This document shows, one piece after another, positions 30,340 to 39,777 of a stretch of 64,000 nt of DNA. The DNA comes from an uncultured Akkermansia sp. Its GTDB lineage: Bacteria; Verrucomicrobiota; Kiritimatiellia; RFP12; JAAYNR01. Numbering within the stretch: the first letter of the stretch is position 1; each line of letters begins with the position of its first letter. The stretch is taken from positions 64,440 through 128,439 of the forward strand of contig CAZDLY010000002.1 of the NCBI GenBank assembly GCA_964506575.1, given 5' to 3'. Below the pieces are notes generated by a model. The model saw nothing but the letters and a program-made list of their open reading frames with translations. It did not search any database and was not told the DNA's origin. Made by a program: the position numbers and the translations under genes.

Positions 30340-30369
30340 TTGCCAACACCGGCCTTCGCTTGCTATCAT
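30340..30369 (+). promoter_or_regulatory. Possible sigma-70-type promoter (TTGCCA-N18-TATCAT)
   Basis: Hexamers at 30340-30345 and 30364-30369 in the 158-bp intergenic region upstream of the acetyltransferase/rnf genes. Confidence 0.3.
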
Positions 30370-30384
30370 ACGCCCCTAATTTGC

Positions 30385-30400
30385 TGGAATTTCCATTGCT
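30385..30400 (+). promoter_or_regulatory. Weak sigma-54-like match (TGGAAT-TTCCA-TTGCT)
   Basis: GG-N10-GC spacing is correct and the -12 TTGCT is perfect, but the -24 element matches only TGG-A-. Confidence 0.25.
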
Positions 30401-30485
30401 TGATCGATCCCTGATTCGCCGCTGGTTGCACGCTGCTGATTGCGCGCTGTCCATCATCCTGTAAACCGTTGCGGGGAGCTTGCTT

Positions 30486-31568
30486 ATGCCAAGTTATCAA
30501 GATATTGAGGATGCCATCTCTTTTTCTGATTTGTCTTTTGGCCAGGGAAGCGCCTACTATGACCCCGCGCGCGACGCCATCTACCTGAAGGGGTCTGAGT
30601 TGGATGAGGATCAAGCCCTGATTCCTGCGGATGTCAATTGGGACGCCTGCATCGCCATTCCCGGGGAAAAGCAGCTTGATCTGGGTCGCGCGCTCGTCGA
30701 GCGCTTTGTGCGGGAATTCCGGCCGGATGATTATGGGCAGATCAGAAGCTTTTTCAACCGGCGCGGGGCGTACCGGCGTTTCCGGCAGTGGACGGTTGAA
30801 GCGGGACTGCTCGACCATTGGCATGCCTACCGCGCCCGTTTCGAGCGCGAAGCCATTGTCGCGTGGTGCGAGGAGAGGCATGTTCCGCTGACGGATATTC
30901 CCAATCCGCCGGTGATCCCGGAGCCCCCGGCACCGACCGGGCCCGCGCCCAGTCAGATTCATCCCCTCCCCACAGGCGACAAGCGTCTTACCTACATCGC
31001 CAACACCGTCAAAAACCCGAATATCATCGTCGGCGACTATACCTATGCGGATGATTGCGAAGGGCACGAACCCTTCGAAAAGCGCGTCCTGTACCACTAT
31101 CCCGAGATGGGCGACAAGCTGATCATCGGCCGTTTCACGGCCATCGCCAGCGGCGTCCGTTTCATCATGAACGGCGCGGCCCACAACACCGACGGCTTCT
31201 CCGCCTATCCGTTCAGCCTGTTTGGCCAGGGCTGGGAGGCGTCGTCCCCCGGCGCCGGCGCCCCCGCGTCCAGGGGCGACACCGTCATCGGCAATGACGT
31301 GTGGATCGGCTATCAGGCCGTGATCATGCCGGGGGTGCGCATCGGCGACGGGGCCATCATCGCCGCGCGGGCGGTCGTCACCCATGACGTGCCTCCGTAT
31401 GCCGTGGTCGGTGGCGTGCCCGCGACCCTCATCCGCACCCGCTTCACCGAGGCTGTCATCTCCGAGCTTCTGACGATCGCCTGGTGGAACTGGGACGCCG
31501 CCAGGATCACACGCAATCGCTCCGCCATCACCTCAGCCGATCTCGACGCCCTCCGAGCGGCGAAATAA
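30486..31568 (+). CDS. Fusion protein: N-terminal UPF0158-like domain + C-terminal Vat/XAT-type hexapeptide acetyltransferase
   Basis: The C-terminal ~210 aa align by eye to streptogramin A acetyltransferases ([17 protein letters not shown]…[17 protein letters not shown]…[31 protein letters not shown]…WWNW). The N-terminal ~150 aa have [10 protein letters not shown]…HWHAYR, reminiscent of UPF0158. A Pro-rich linker joins them. The ORF track starts at TTG 30480. Confidence 0.8.
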   Translation: MPSYQDIEDAISFSDLSFGQGSAYYDPARDAIYLKGSELDEDQALIPADVNWDACIAIPGEKQLDLGRALVERFVREFRPDDYGQIRSFFNRRGAYRRFRQWTVEAGLLDHWHAYRARFEREAIVAWCEERHVPLTDIPNPPVIPEPPAPTGPAPSQIHPLPTGDKRLTYIANTVKNPNIIVGDYTYADDCEGHEPFEKRVLYHYPEMGDKLIIGRFTAIASGVRFIMNGAAHNTDGFSAYPFSLFGQGWEASSPGAGAPASRGDTVIGNDVWIGYQAVIMPGVRIGDGAIIAARAVVTHDVPPYAVVGGVPATLIRTRFTEAVISELLTIAWWNWDAARITRNRSAITSADLDALRAAK

Positions 31569-31583
31569 CCCAGAGGACTCGTT

Positions 31584-32159
31584 ATGGACTACGTCTTGAT
31601 GATTATCGGCGCTGTACTGGTCAACAACTTCGTGCTCAACCGGTTTCTCGGAATCTGCCCCTTTCTCGGCGTGTCGAAACGGATACCGACCGCCCTGGGG
31701 ATGTCCGGCGCCGTGATTTTTGTGATGGGGATGGCCGCCGCCGTCACGTGGTGCGTGCAGGCCTGGGTCCTCGAGCCGTTCGATTTGGAGTATCTGCAGA
31801 CGATTGTCTTCATCCTGTTGATCGCGGCATTCGTGCAGCTCGTGGACATGGTCATGAAGCGCTTTGTCCCCGCGCTGCACCGCGCCCTGGGCATATTCCT
31901 GCCGTTGATCACCACCAACTGCGCCGTGCTCGGTGTCGCGGTCATGAATGTCAAGGCCGCGTCGGGGTTCACCCGGTCGGTGGTCTTCTCGCTGGCGGCG
32001 GCCGTGGGCTTTGCCTTCGCCCTGCTGCTGTTCACGGGGCTTCGCGAGAAGATCGAGCGCGCCGATCCGCCGCGCGCGTTCCGCGGTGTCGCGCTGGCCC
32101 TGGTCACCGCCGGGCTGTTGAGTTTGGCGTTCATGGGTTTCACCGGGCTGGTCAAATGA
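31584..32159 (+). CDS. rnfA: Rnf electron transport complex subunit A
   Basis: It is close to E. coli RsxA along its whole length (VLVNNFVLNRFLGICPFLGVSK…GIFLPLITTNCAVLGVA…LAFMGFTGLVK). Confidence 0.9.
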   Translation: MDYVLMIIGAVLVNNFVLNRFLGICPFLGVSKRIPTALGMSGAVIFVMGMAAAVTWCVQAWVLEPFDLEYLQTIVFILLIAAFVQLVDMVMKRFVPALHRALGIFLPLITTNCAVLGVAVMNVKAASGFTRSVVFSLAAAVGFAFALLLFTGLREKIERADPPRAFRGVALALVTAGLLSLAFMGFTGLVK

Positions 32160-32187
32160 CAACCGACCGCATGAGAGGGTTCGCACA

Positions 32188-32976
32188 ATGAGTTACTGGT
32201 TGTTCTCCATTCTTTGGATCGGCGGCATCGGCGCCCTCTGCGGCACGGCGCTCGCCTTTGCCGCCCGCTATCTCAGCGTCGAGGAGGATCCGCGCATCGA
32301 GCAGGTGACCGGCGAACTCCCCGGCGCCAACTGCGGCGGCTGCGGTTTCGCCGGTTGCGCCGACTACGCCAAGGCTCTGGTCACCACGGACGTTGCGGCC
32401 AACCTCTGCCCCATCTGCAACAGCACCGCGCTCGCCCGCATCGCCGCCATCTTCGGTCGGACCGTCGAGGCGGTCGAACGCAAAGTCGCCCGGGTCCATT
32501 GCGGCGGCAGCGACTCCGAGGCCCTCCGCCGCTTTGCCTACAATGGCATCGCCGATTGCGCCGCAGCAGCCGCGACCGGCGGCGGTGACAAGGCCTGCTC
32601 CTATGGCTGCCTCGGCTACGGCGCCTGCGCCCGCGTCTGTCCGGTCGGCGCCATCGCCATTTCCGACGGTCTGGCATCCGTGAATCCCGCAACCTGCATC
32701 AGTTGCGGCAAGTGCGTTCCCGCCTGCCCCCGCGGTCTCATCACGCTCGTGCCGGCGGCGGCCAGAATCCATGTGCTGTGCAGTTCCAAAGACAAGGGCC
32801 CCGTCGTGAAAAAGGTCTGCGGTGTCGGCTGCATCGGGTGCGCCCTCTGCGTCAAGCTCTCCGACGGAGCCATCGCCATGGACGGTTTTCTCGCCAAAGT
32901 CGACTACTCCAAACCGCTGGCCAACGACGTTCTTGTCGACAAGTGCCCGGGACACTGCATCCTAAAGATCGGCTAA
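32188..32976 (+). CDS. rnfB: Rnf complex subunit B (ferredoxin-like, multiple 4Fe-4S)
   Basis: N-terminal TM, the CGGCGFAGC cluster and several CxxCxxCxxxCP ferredoxin motifs. Confidence 0.9.
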   Translation: MSYWLFSILWIGGIGALCGTALAFAARYLSVEEDPRIEQVTGELPGANCGGCGFAGCADYAKALVTTDVAANLCPICNSTALARIAAIFGRTVEAVERKVARVHCGGSDSEALRRFAYNGIADCAAAAATGGGDKACSYGCLGYGACARVCPVGAIAISDGLASVNPATCISCGKCVPACPRGLITLVPAAARIHVLCSSKDKGPVVKKVCGVGCIGCALCVKLSDGAIAMDGFLAKVDYSKPLANDVLVDKCPGHCILKIG

Positions 32977-32981
32977 AAACC

Positions 32982-34328
32982 ATGAAAACCCGTGTGTCAC
33001 CCTTCTGCTTCAGCGGCGGCATCCATCCGGCCTACAACAAGGATCTGACCCGTAGCGCGGCGATCCGGCCGCTCCCCTGCCCGCCGCAACTGGTGATCTC
33101 CCTCTCGCAGCACCTCGGCGCGCCGGCCGTCGCCATCGTCAAGGCGGGGGACACGGTCTCGGGCGGACAGCGGCTCGCCGACGCGGCCGGTGTGATCTCC
33201 GCCCCGATCCACGCCCCGACGTCGGGCAAGATCCTGCGCATCGAGCCCGCGCCGACCCCCCTCGGACGCCCCGCCCCGGCCATCATTCTCGAACCCGACG
33301 GACGCGATGCGTGGGGGGCGCCTCTCGACCCCCTGCCCGATTGGAGCGGCCGGGATCGGAAGTCGCTCGCCGAGCGAGTCGGCGCAGCCGGCGTCGTCGG
33401 GATGGGCGGCGCCGGCTTTCCCACGCAGGTCAAACTCTCCCCGCCCGCCGACAAGCCCATCGACACGGTGATCATCAACGGCGCCGAATGCGAACCCTAC
33501 CTCACCGGCGACCACCGGCTCATGCTCGAACACGCCGCAGCCCTCTGGCAGGGCGCGGCGATCATCCGCCACATCCTCGGCGCCCAGACCCTGCGCATCG
33601 CCGTCGAGGACAACAAGCCCGACGCCATCCAAACCCTGGAGTCGGCGCTGCCCGGCGATCTGGGTGACGCGGCCGTCTGCGTCCTCAAGACCAGCTATCC
33701 GCAGGGAAGCGAAAAACAGCAGATCTATTCGGTGACCGGACGGGTCGTCCCCACCGGCGGTCTGCCGATGGATGTCGGCTGCGTGGTTGAGAACGTCGCC
33801 ACCACCCTCGCCGTCTGGGACGCCGTGGTCAACGGCCGCCCACTGGTCAGCCGCATCATCACCGTCAGCGGCGACGCGGTCGCCGCGCCGGCCAACCTCC
33901 TCGCTCCGATCGGCACCCCGTTCGCGGCCCTTGTCGATGCGTGCGGCGGCGCGCGGGGGCGCGTCGCAAAAATCATTTCGGGCGGTCCGATGATGGGTTT
34001 CGCCCAGGCTTCGCTGGATGTCGCGATGAGCAAGACGTCGTCGGGGCTGCTGCTCCTCTCCGCCAGCCGCGTACCCGGTTTCACCTCCCAGCCGTGCATC
34101 GCCTGCGGACGCTGCATTGAGGCATGCCCGATGCGCCTGATGCCCGCCGAGCTCAGCCAATGCATCGAAGCCGACGACATCGATGCGGCCGAGCATAACT
34201 TCGTGATGGATTGTTTTGAATGCGGCTCCTGCGCCTTCGTCTGCCCCGCCCATCGTCCGCTCGTCCAGCACATGCGCCGCGCCAAGGCGGTCATCCTGTC
34301 CAAGCGCCGCGCCGCCGGCAAGAAATAA
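32982..34328 (+). CDS. rnfC: Rnf complex subunit C
   Basis: FSGGIHP start region, NADH/FMN-site GMGGAGFPT, and C-terminal 2x[4Fe-4S] CIACGRCIEACP and CFECGSCAFVCP. Confidence 0.9.
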   Translation: MKTRVSPFCFSGGIHPAYNKDLTRSAAIRPLPCPPQLVISLSQHLGAPAVAIVKAGDTVSGGQRLADAAGVISAPIHAPTSGKILRIEPAPTPLGRPAPAIILEPDGRDAWGAPLDPLPDWSGRDRKSLAERVGAAGVVGMGGAGFPTQVKLSPPADKPIDTVIINGAECEPYLTGDHRLMLEHAAALWQGAAIIRHILGAQTLRIAVEDNKPDAIQTLESALPGDLGDAAVCVLKTSYPQGSEKQQIYSVTGRVVPTGGLPMDVGCVVENVATTLAVWDAVVNGRPLVSRIITVSGDAVAAPANLLAPIGTPFAALVDACGGARGRVAKIISGGPMMGFAQASLDVAMSKTSSGLLLLSASRVPGFTSQPCIACGRCIEACPMRLMPAELSQCIEADDIDAAEHNFVMDCFECGSCAFVCPAHRPLVQHMRRAKAVILSKRRAAGKK

Positions 34329-34377
34329 GGGCTCCCTTCCGTTTGTCCACGCACCCGGCACCACTCCGATACACCTT

Positions 34378-35376
34378 ATGAAACCTCAATCCACCGCCGA
34401 CCTCATCCTCGTCAGTTCCTCGCCCCACGCGCACTCGGGCGCGTCGGTCAGCCGGATCATGGCCGATGTCCTGATCGCGCTCGCTCCCGCCTTTGCGGCC
34501 GCCTGCTGGTTCTTCGGCTGGGACGCGATCCGGCTCACGGCGGCCTGCGTCGCCGCCTGCCTCGCGAGCGAATGGCTCTGCCGCAAGGCCATGCGGCGCG
34601 ACAACACGCTCTCCGACCTCAGCGCCGTGGTCACCGGTGTGCTGCTGGCCTTCAACCTGCCGCCCGCGTTGCCGACCTGGATGGCGGTCGCCGGCTCGGT
34701 CGTCGCCATCGCCATCGCCAAGCAGACCTTCGGCGGCCTCGGCTACAACCCCTTCAATCCCGCGCTCATCGGCCGCGCATTCCTTCTGATTTCCTGCACC
34801 GGCCCCATGACCACGTGGAGCGCCTCGACCTGGCTCGGAGCCGACGCCCTGACCACCGCCACGCCGCTTGGACTCGTGAAAGAGGCGCTGAAGGCCGGCC
34901 AGCCCCCGCCGTTCACGCTGACGCCGGGCATGACGTGGGACTTCTTCATCGGCAACATGAACGGCTGCATCGGCGAGGTTTCCGCTGCCGCGATCCTCCT
35001 GGGCGCGGCTTATCTGCTCGTCCGCCGGGTCATCACCTGGCACGTCCCGGTCGCCTATCTCGGCACGGCCGCCCTCTACGCCGCGATCCTCTGCCTCACA
35101 TCGGCCAACGCCATGCCCGTCCCCTTTCATCTATTCACCGGGGGCCTGATGCTCGGCGCCTGCTTCATGGCCACCGACATGGTCACCACGCCGATCACCC
35201 GTTCCGGGCTGGTGATCTTCGGTGTCGGCTGCGGCCTCCTCACCATGGTCATCCGCACCGTGGTCAACGGCGCCTACCCCGAGGGCGTCAGTTTTGCTAT
35301 ACTGATCATGAATGCATTCACTCCGCTCATCAACCGGGCGACCAAGCGCCAGCCGTTCGGAGCCAAATCGAAATGA
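34378..35376 (+). CDS. rnfD: Rnf complex subunit D
   Basis: SSPHAHS motif, polytopic membrane profile, and the FMN-attachment region FMATDMVTTP. Confidence 0.9.
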   Translation: MKPQSTADLILVSSSPHAHSGASVSRIMADVLIALAPAFAAACWFFGWDAIRLTAACVAACLASEWLCRKAMRRDNTLSDLSAVVTGVLLAFNLPPALPTWMAVAGSVVAIAIAKQTFGGLGYNPFNPALIGRAFLLISCTGPMTTWSASTWLGADALTTATPLGLVKEALKAGQPPPFTLTPGMTWDFFIGNMNGCIGEVSAAAILLGAAYLLVRRVITWHVPVAYLGTAALYAAILCLTSANAMPVPFHLFTGGLMLGACFMATDMVTTPITRSGLVIFGVGCGLLTMVIRTVVNGAYPEGVSFAILIMNAFTPLINRATKRQPFGAKSK

Positions 35377-35963
35377 AAAACATCCTCAAGCTCGCGGGCA
35401 TCCTGACTCTGATCTGCACGATCTGCACTGTCATTCTCGCCGCCGTCAACGCGGTGACCGAAGCGCCGATCGCCCAGGCCAAGGAGAAGAATATTCTTGA
35501 AGCGGCCAAGAAGGTCCTCCCGCCCGGCACGGAACCGGTTAAAGCCGAAGCGTTGACCGCGTTGGCTAACCAGGGGGTTCGGACGAATGTTGTCTTTGTC
35601 GCCAAGGATGCCTCCGGCCGGGTGGTGGCTGCCGCCGTCCAGGGAACTTCGAAGAAAGGCTACGGCGGACCGATCGTTCTGATGGTCGGCATCGCCGCCG
35701 ATGGCACGCTGATCAATTTCGATGTGATTGATCAGAGCGAAACACCGGGCCTGGGAACGAAAATCAAGGACGAGCCGTTTCACACCAACCTGATCCGGCG
35801 CCCCGACGGAACCCCGCGTCCCATCGCCGGCACCGAATGGAAGGTTAAACGCGACGGTGGCGATATCGACGCCGTCACCGCCGCAACCATCTCATCCCGC
35901 GCCGCGACCGAAGCCGTGCGGGATGCCATCGCCACGTATGAGGCCGTGAAAGGGCGTCTGTAA
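35373..35963 (+). CDS. rnfG: Rnf complex subunit G (FMN-binding)
   Basis: N-terminal anchor and FMN_bind motif DAVTAATISSRA. The ATGA overlaps the rnfD stop. Confidence 0.85.
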   Translation: MKNILKLAGILTLICTICTVILAAVNAVTEAPIAQAKEKNILEAAKKVLPPGTEPVKAEALTALANQGVRTNVVFVAKDASGRVVAAAVQGTSKKGYGGPIVLMVGIAADGTLINFDVIDQSETPGLGTKIKDEPFHTNLIRRPDGTPRPIAGTEWKVKRDGGDIDAVTAATISSRAATEAVRDAIATYEAVKGRL

Positions 35964-36034
35964 ACCGAACGCGCACCGATGTGCCGGACGTCGCGTTATT
36001 TCTCATCAACGATCACTACACGTGGAACCTACTC

Positions 36035-36556
36035 ATGAGCCTCTTGCGCAGCCGGCCCGTTCGCCTCGCGTTGTTTGCCTCTATGCTGTATGCCCTGACC
36101 GGATGCACGACCTGGCAGAACAGCGACACGCCGTTTCAGGTTTCCGCCTCTTCGTTGAATTGGACGGAGATTCTCTACTCCACATCGGACGGCTCGCGCG
36201 TCGTCCGCATCTCGCTCATCGGCAACGGCCAAATCGTCATGCGCCGGGGGAGCGGCAGCCGGGTGCTGGACGAATTCGCCATGGACGTGGAGAGCGAGAC
36301 GTGGACCGATATCGAGCGTGACGAGATCAATCTCCCTCGCAAGGACGTTCAACAGATATTCCAAATCCTGGTCAATCGCGGCGCCTTGAAACGTGCCAAA
36401 AAACTTCCCCCCGGCGCGTCCACGGTTGTGCAATTGCACGGACGGATTGACGACAAGGTGTTTGCCGGCGTGTCTGTTGACCCGCCGCTGATCCAGGCCG
36501 TCGAATCGATCATCGCCCTCTTTCCGCCGCCACAGGCAGCACCCCCAAAGAAGTGA
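36035..36556 (+). CDS. Hypothetical lipoprotein
   Basis: Lipobox MSLLRSRPVRLALFASMLYALTG-C. No family was recognised. Confidence 0.55.
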   Translation: MSLLRSRPVRLALFASMLYALTGCTTWQNSDTPFQVSASSLNWTEILYSTSDGSRVVRISLIGNGQIVMRRGSGSRVLDEFAMDVESETWTDIERDEINLPRKDVQQIFQILVNRGALKRAKKLPPGASTVVQLHGRIDDKVFAGVSVDPPLIQAVESIIALFPPPQAAPPKK

Positions 36557-36562
36557 CCGTGG

Positions 36563-38440
36563 ATGCTCATGAAAATGGCCGGGACATCGCACGCGCAGAA
36601 GCGGATGCATTCAGCCCACAGCCGTCGGACGGCCTGGCTGTCCGCCAGACGATTGCAGATCGCAGCCCTGCGGGTTTGCGCCGCGGCCGCGTTCCTGCTA
36701 ATCCCCGTGCAGGTGCAGGCCCAAATCCGCCAGCAGACGCCGTCAGCGGAGTTCATCCCCGTCGGACGCCTGGAGACCCGCAACTACCAGCACCTCGCCT
36801 ATGGTCTCGCCGCCTTCAGCAGCCAGGCTGGTCTCGGACATACGTTGGACATCATTAAACAGCAGGCCGCCGCCCTTCTCTGCGTTCCCAACCTCGACGG
36901 CATCGCCCTCAATGCGCCCCTGACCATTCACTACCTGATTCCCAAGCCGGTCGCCGACGCTAAAGATCCCGCTGTCGCGATACGGCGTGTCGCCACCGTC
37001 ACGCTTGAAGACAACGGCGCGCTGCTTTTTGACATGTTGCGCACGGTCTATGCCGAATTCACGCAACATCCGTGGGGCGTTACCTTCTCGCAGTTGAAAA
37101 GCGGCTATGATTGGCCCTATCCGCAGGTAACCGTCAGTTTGCAGGGCAAGCGCGCGTTTCTCTCCGTCGCCCCCGATGCGGTCGAATGGCTCGCCACATC
37201 CGGAAACGTGCTGCAACTGGGACAATCCACCGGCGACCCGCTCTCCAGCAGTTTCATCCCGGAAACGCTGGCATCCCTCCTGCGCAGCGTTCTGCCGCAG
37301 AAAGCCGCCGCCCGTTCCACACCCGTCATGCATCTCTTCGCCCGCCTGATTGCGGCCTCGCTCCGCGATCTGGACGCTGTTGACTTCACCGCCCGGGCCG
37401 ACGGCGTCTCGCTGATGCTCACCGGCGCGCTCCGCCCCAAACCTTCCGGCCAGCCCGTCGCAGTCGTCCCACGATCATCAGGCACCGCGCTGGGCCTGGC
37501 CTGCGCCGCAGCCATACCCGCCGAGGCCGTCTACGCCTCGGCCGAGGCGCCCCCCTCGCCGCACGGGGACTGGCTCTCCAACGTGTTCGGCGGCGCGGCG
37601 GCCGGACTCCCGACCCTCAAGCAGCTGGTCGATGCGCCCGCCACCGCGCATGTTGCCTACATTGAGCCTTCCGCCAAGGGCCAGTCCCTGATTTACGTCT
37701 GCATCCTCGAAACCGCTGATCCCGCATCGCAACTGCCTGAGGTCACCCGGAAACTGACCCGGTCTCATCTGGGCGCCGGTCTGGGCTATCGCCCCCAGCC
37801 CGACCGCCGGTCCGGAAAAAGCCTGATCCGGGTTTTCCACATGGAACGCGACGCCGCCACCCAGGAACAGCCCGCCGCTGCCGCGCCGTCCGCCACGATC
37901 TCCGCCGAGACGCTCCCTCTGCTCCTCGCCCTGGCTGCGGGAGGTCTGACCTGCGAGCTGACCGCCACTGATCGTTACCTGGTGCTGGCACTTGGCTCCG
38001 AAGGCGTCATCGACGATGTCCTGCCCGCGCTCGCCGCCGCGCGACCCGCCCCTTCGCTCCTGCGCGCCCGCTGGCAGCCTTCCGGCATGCGCATTCCCGA
38101 CAACGCCCGATCGGTGACCGTCCTCTATCCGGTCCGCCTGTTCCGCCAGCTTGTCACGATCCTCCCCGGTTCGCGCGGTGATCTGGTCCGCCGCATCCCG
38201 ACCCTGGGCGACGGCATGCTCGCCTTCCGCACCCCGACCGGCGAGGACGGCCGCTTCGAGTCGGTGCTGCGCATTGCCGCCAACGAATTGAACAGTTTGC
38301 AGCTCGCCTTCGAGCATGGCCAGCCCATCATCCAGGAACTCCTCCTCAATCGCGCCATCCAGTCCATGATCAAGAAACCGCTTCCACCGAACACCGACGA
38401 CGCTCGCAACCCCGGCCAGGAGCCATCAGACCCCAAATAA
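36563..38440 (+). CDS. Hypothetical secreted protein (625 aa)
   Basis: Signal-like AAAAFLLIPVQVQA-QI and coding-like composition. No family was recognised. The start is uncertain; an alternative Met lies at 36605. Confidence 0.55.
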   Translation: MLMKMAGTSHAQKRMHSAHSRRTAWLSARRLQIAALRVCAAAAFLLIPVQVQAQIRQQTPSAEFIPVGRLETRNYQHLAYGLAAFSSQAGLGHTLDIIKQQAAALLCVPNLDGIALNAPLTIHYLIPKPVADAKDPAVAIRRVATVTLEDNGALLFDMLRTVYAEFTQHPWGVTFSQLKSGYDWPYPQVTVSLQGKRAFLSVAPDAVEWLATSGNVLQLGQSTGDPLSSSFIPETLASLLRSVLPQKAAARSTPVMHLFARLIAASLRDLDAVDFTARADGVSLMLTGALRPKPSGQPVAVVPRSSGTALGLACAAAIPAEAVYASAEAPPSPHGDWLSNVFGGAAAGLPTLKQLVDAPATAHVAYIEPSAKGQSLIYVCILETADPASQLPEVTRKLTRSHLGAGLGYRPQPDRRSGKSLIRVFHMERDAATQEQPAAAAPSATISAETLPLLLALAAGGLTCELTATDRYLVLALGSEGVIDDVLPALAAARPAPSLLRARWQPSGMRIPDNARSVTVLYPVRLFRQLVTILPGSRGDLVRRIPTLGDGMLAFRTPTGEDGRFESVLRIAANELNSLQLAFEHGQPIIQELLLNRAIQSMIKKPLPPNTDDARNPGQEPSDPK

Positions 38441-38577
38441 TGCCAAACGATGCGACTGGAGCCTTCCCCGATGCAAGATGAGAATTCCCCACACAAACCC
38501 GGAAGGACCTGCGCACGCTCCGCACACGCGTGTGAGACCGGCTGGATTCAGGCGTGACTGAAACGTCCCGTCGGTTT

Positions 38578-39591
38578 TCACCGGGCTGTCCCGCACACCA
38601 GCCAGTGTGGCATCGGCGGCGGCGCCGAACGGGTCTCGCCCGCATCAAACCCCGCCTCCGCGAGCCATCCTTTCAACTCCACGTCGGAGAATACCCATCC
38701 ATTCCGGGTGGTCAGCGCCATGTTGACGGCAAACAAAGCCGAAAAGGCCGGACGGGTGTGCGTGGCGTCCGTCATCATGTCCAGGATGAAGATGCGTCCG
38801 CCCGGCTTGAGCGCCGCACGGGCCCGTTTGAGGATGGAGACGATCTGCTGCGGCGACTCCTGATGCAACGCGCCAAAGAGGGTTACTGCATCAAAGGCCC
38901 CCGCCTCATAGACATCGGTGTGATAGTCCCCGGCCTTGCATAGCACGCGTTGCGAGAGTCCCGCCTCACGCACGAGCTCTGTTGCAACCGCCGAGACGGC
39001 CGGCAGATCAACCGTTACGCAGGTCAGCGACGGATGCGCCTGCGCCAGCAGCACGGCGTACGTCCCGGGCCCGCCGGCCAGATCCAGCAAGCGCCCGCAT
39101 CCGGCCAAATCCAGCATCGGCACGACCGAGCGGCCGATCCCCAACGCGCGACCATGCATGGACAACACGAACCGGCGCGTGCGCCCCGCGTCCTCACCGA
39201 GGTGGATCTCGGGCGCTTCGACGGGACGCCCGGTCTTCACCAACTCCGTCAGCCGGCCCCACGCGGAATAGACATCGCGGTTGTAGCGTATAGCGCGCGT
39301 CAAATCATGCGGCGCACCCGCAACCAGGGCGGCATTGCCCGCCGCCGTATTGGAATATCGATCCCCCTGCTTGATCAACAGCCCGACGGCCACGCAGGCA
39401 TCGAGCAGCAACCGCAAACCGCGCGCATCCAGACCCGCCTGATTCGCCAATGCTGCGGCATCGGCGCTTCCACCCGCGCGACGAATCGCCGTGAACAGAT
39501 CCACGTCCAAGGCGGCGAACAGCGTCGCCGAACCGTAGTACGCGCTCGCCAACGCAACGATTCCATCAATGGGTAGTGTGTTTTCGCTCAT
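38578..39591 (-). CDS. Family-2 O-methyltransferase (dimerisation domain + SAM MTase)
   Basis: N-terminal winged-helix dimerisation region (LDVDLFTAI…) and SAM motif LLDLAGGPGTYA. The start at MSENTL is preceded by GGAGGGAGAGG. Confidence 0.8.
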   Translation of the reverse strand: MSENTLPIDGIVALASAYYGSATLFAALDVDLFTAIRRAGGSADAAALANQAGLDARGLRLLLDACVAVGLLIKQGDRYSNTAAGNAALVAGAPHDLTRAIRYNRDVYSAWGRLTELVKTGRPVEAPEIHLGEDAGRTRRFVLSMHGRALGIGRSVVPMLDLAGCGRLLDLAGGPGTYAVLLAQAHPSLTCVTVDLPAVSAVATELVREAGLSQRVLCKAGDYHTDVYEAGAFDAVTLFGALHQESPQQIVSILKRARAALKPGGRIFILDMMTDATHTRPAFSALFAVNMALTTRNGWVFSDVELKGWLAEAGFDAGETRSAPPPMPHWLVCGTAR

Positions 39592-39636
39592 GTGTGCCTC
39601 TCCCTCCATCCTGTTTGTCGCCATCATAGCAAACTA

Positions 39637-39659
39637 CGATTATGATTACGATTACGAAT
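39637..39659. repeat. Short tandem hexamer repeat GATTAY (gattat gattac gattac gaatc)
   Basis: Read directly in the intergenic region at the left island boundary. Confidence 0.7.
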
Positions 39660-39733
39660 CCAACGGAACTGCGGCAGCCCCCTACCCCGTTTATACTTGG
39701 GAATCATAATTGACATCACACTCAGTATGTGTT

Positions 39734-39750
39734 ACAAACATAGTGTTTGT
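39734..39750. promoter_or_regulatory. Perfect 7-3-7 palindrome ACAAACA-TAG-TGTTTGT (candidate operator) downstream of a TTGACA hexamer
   Basis: TTGACA lies at 39710-39715. The palindrome overlaps the expected -10/TSS region, 28 nt upstream of the ATPase ATG. Confidence 0.35.
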
Positions 39751-39777
39751 TAAACATAAGAGAGGTCATTCTTCTCC

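Noticed and set aside
35964-36560. Search for a degraded rnfE remnant after rnfG.
   Set aside because: All frames were inspected. Only the lipoprotein ORF and an Arg-rich shadow ORF are present, with nothing resembling the RnfE/NqrD polytopic pattern.
38523-38534. Perfect 12-nt palindrome CACACGCGTGTG between convergent genes, considered as a terminator.
   Set aside because: It has no loop and no T-tract. It is more likely a chance GC-rich palindrome or a restriction-type site.
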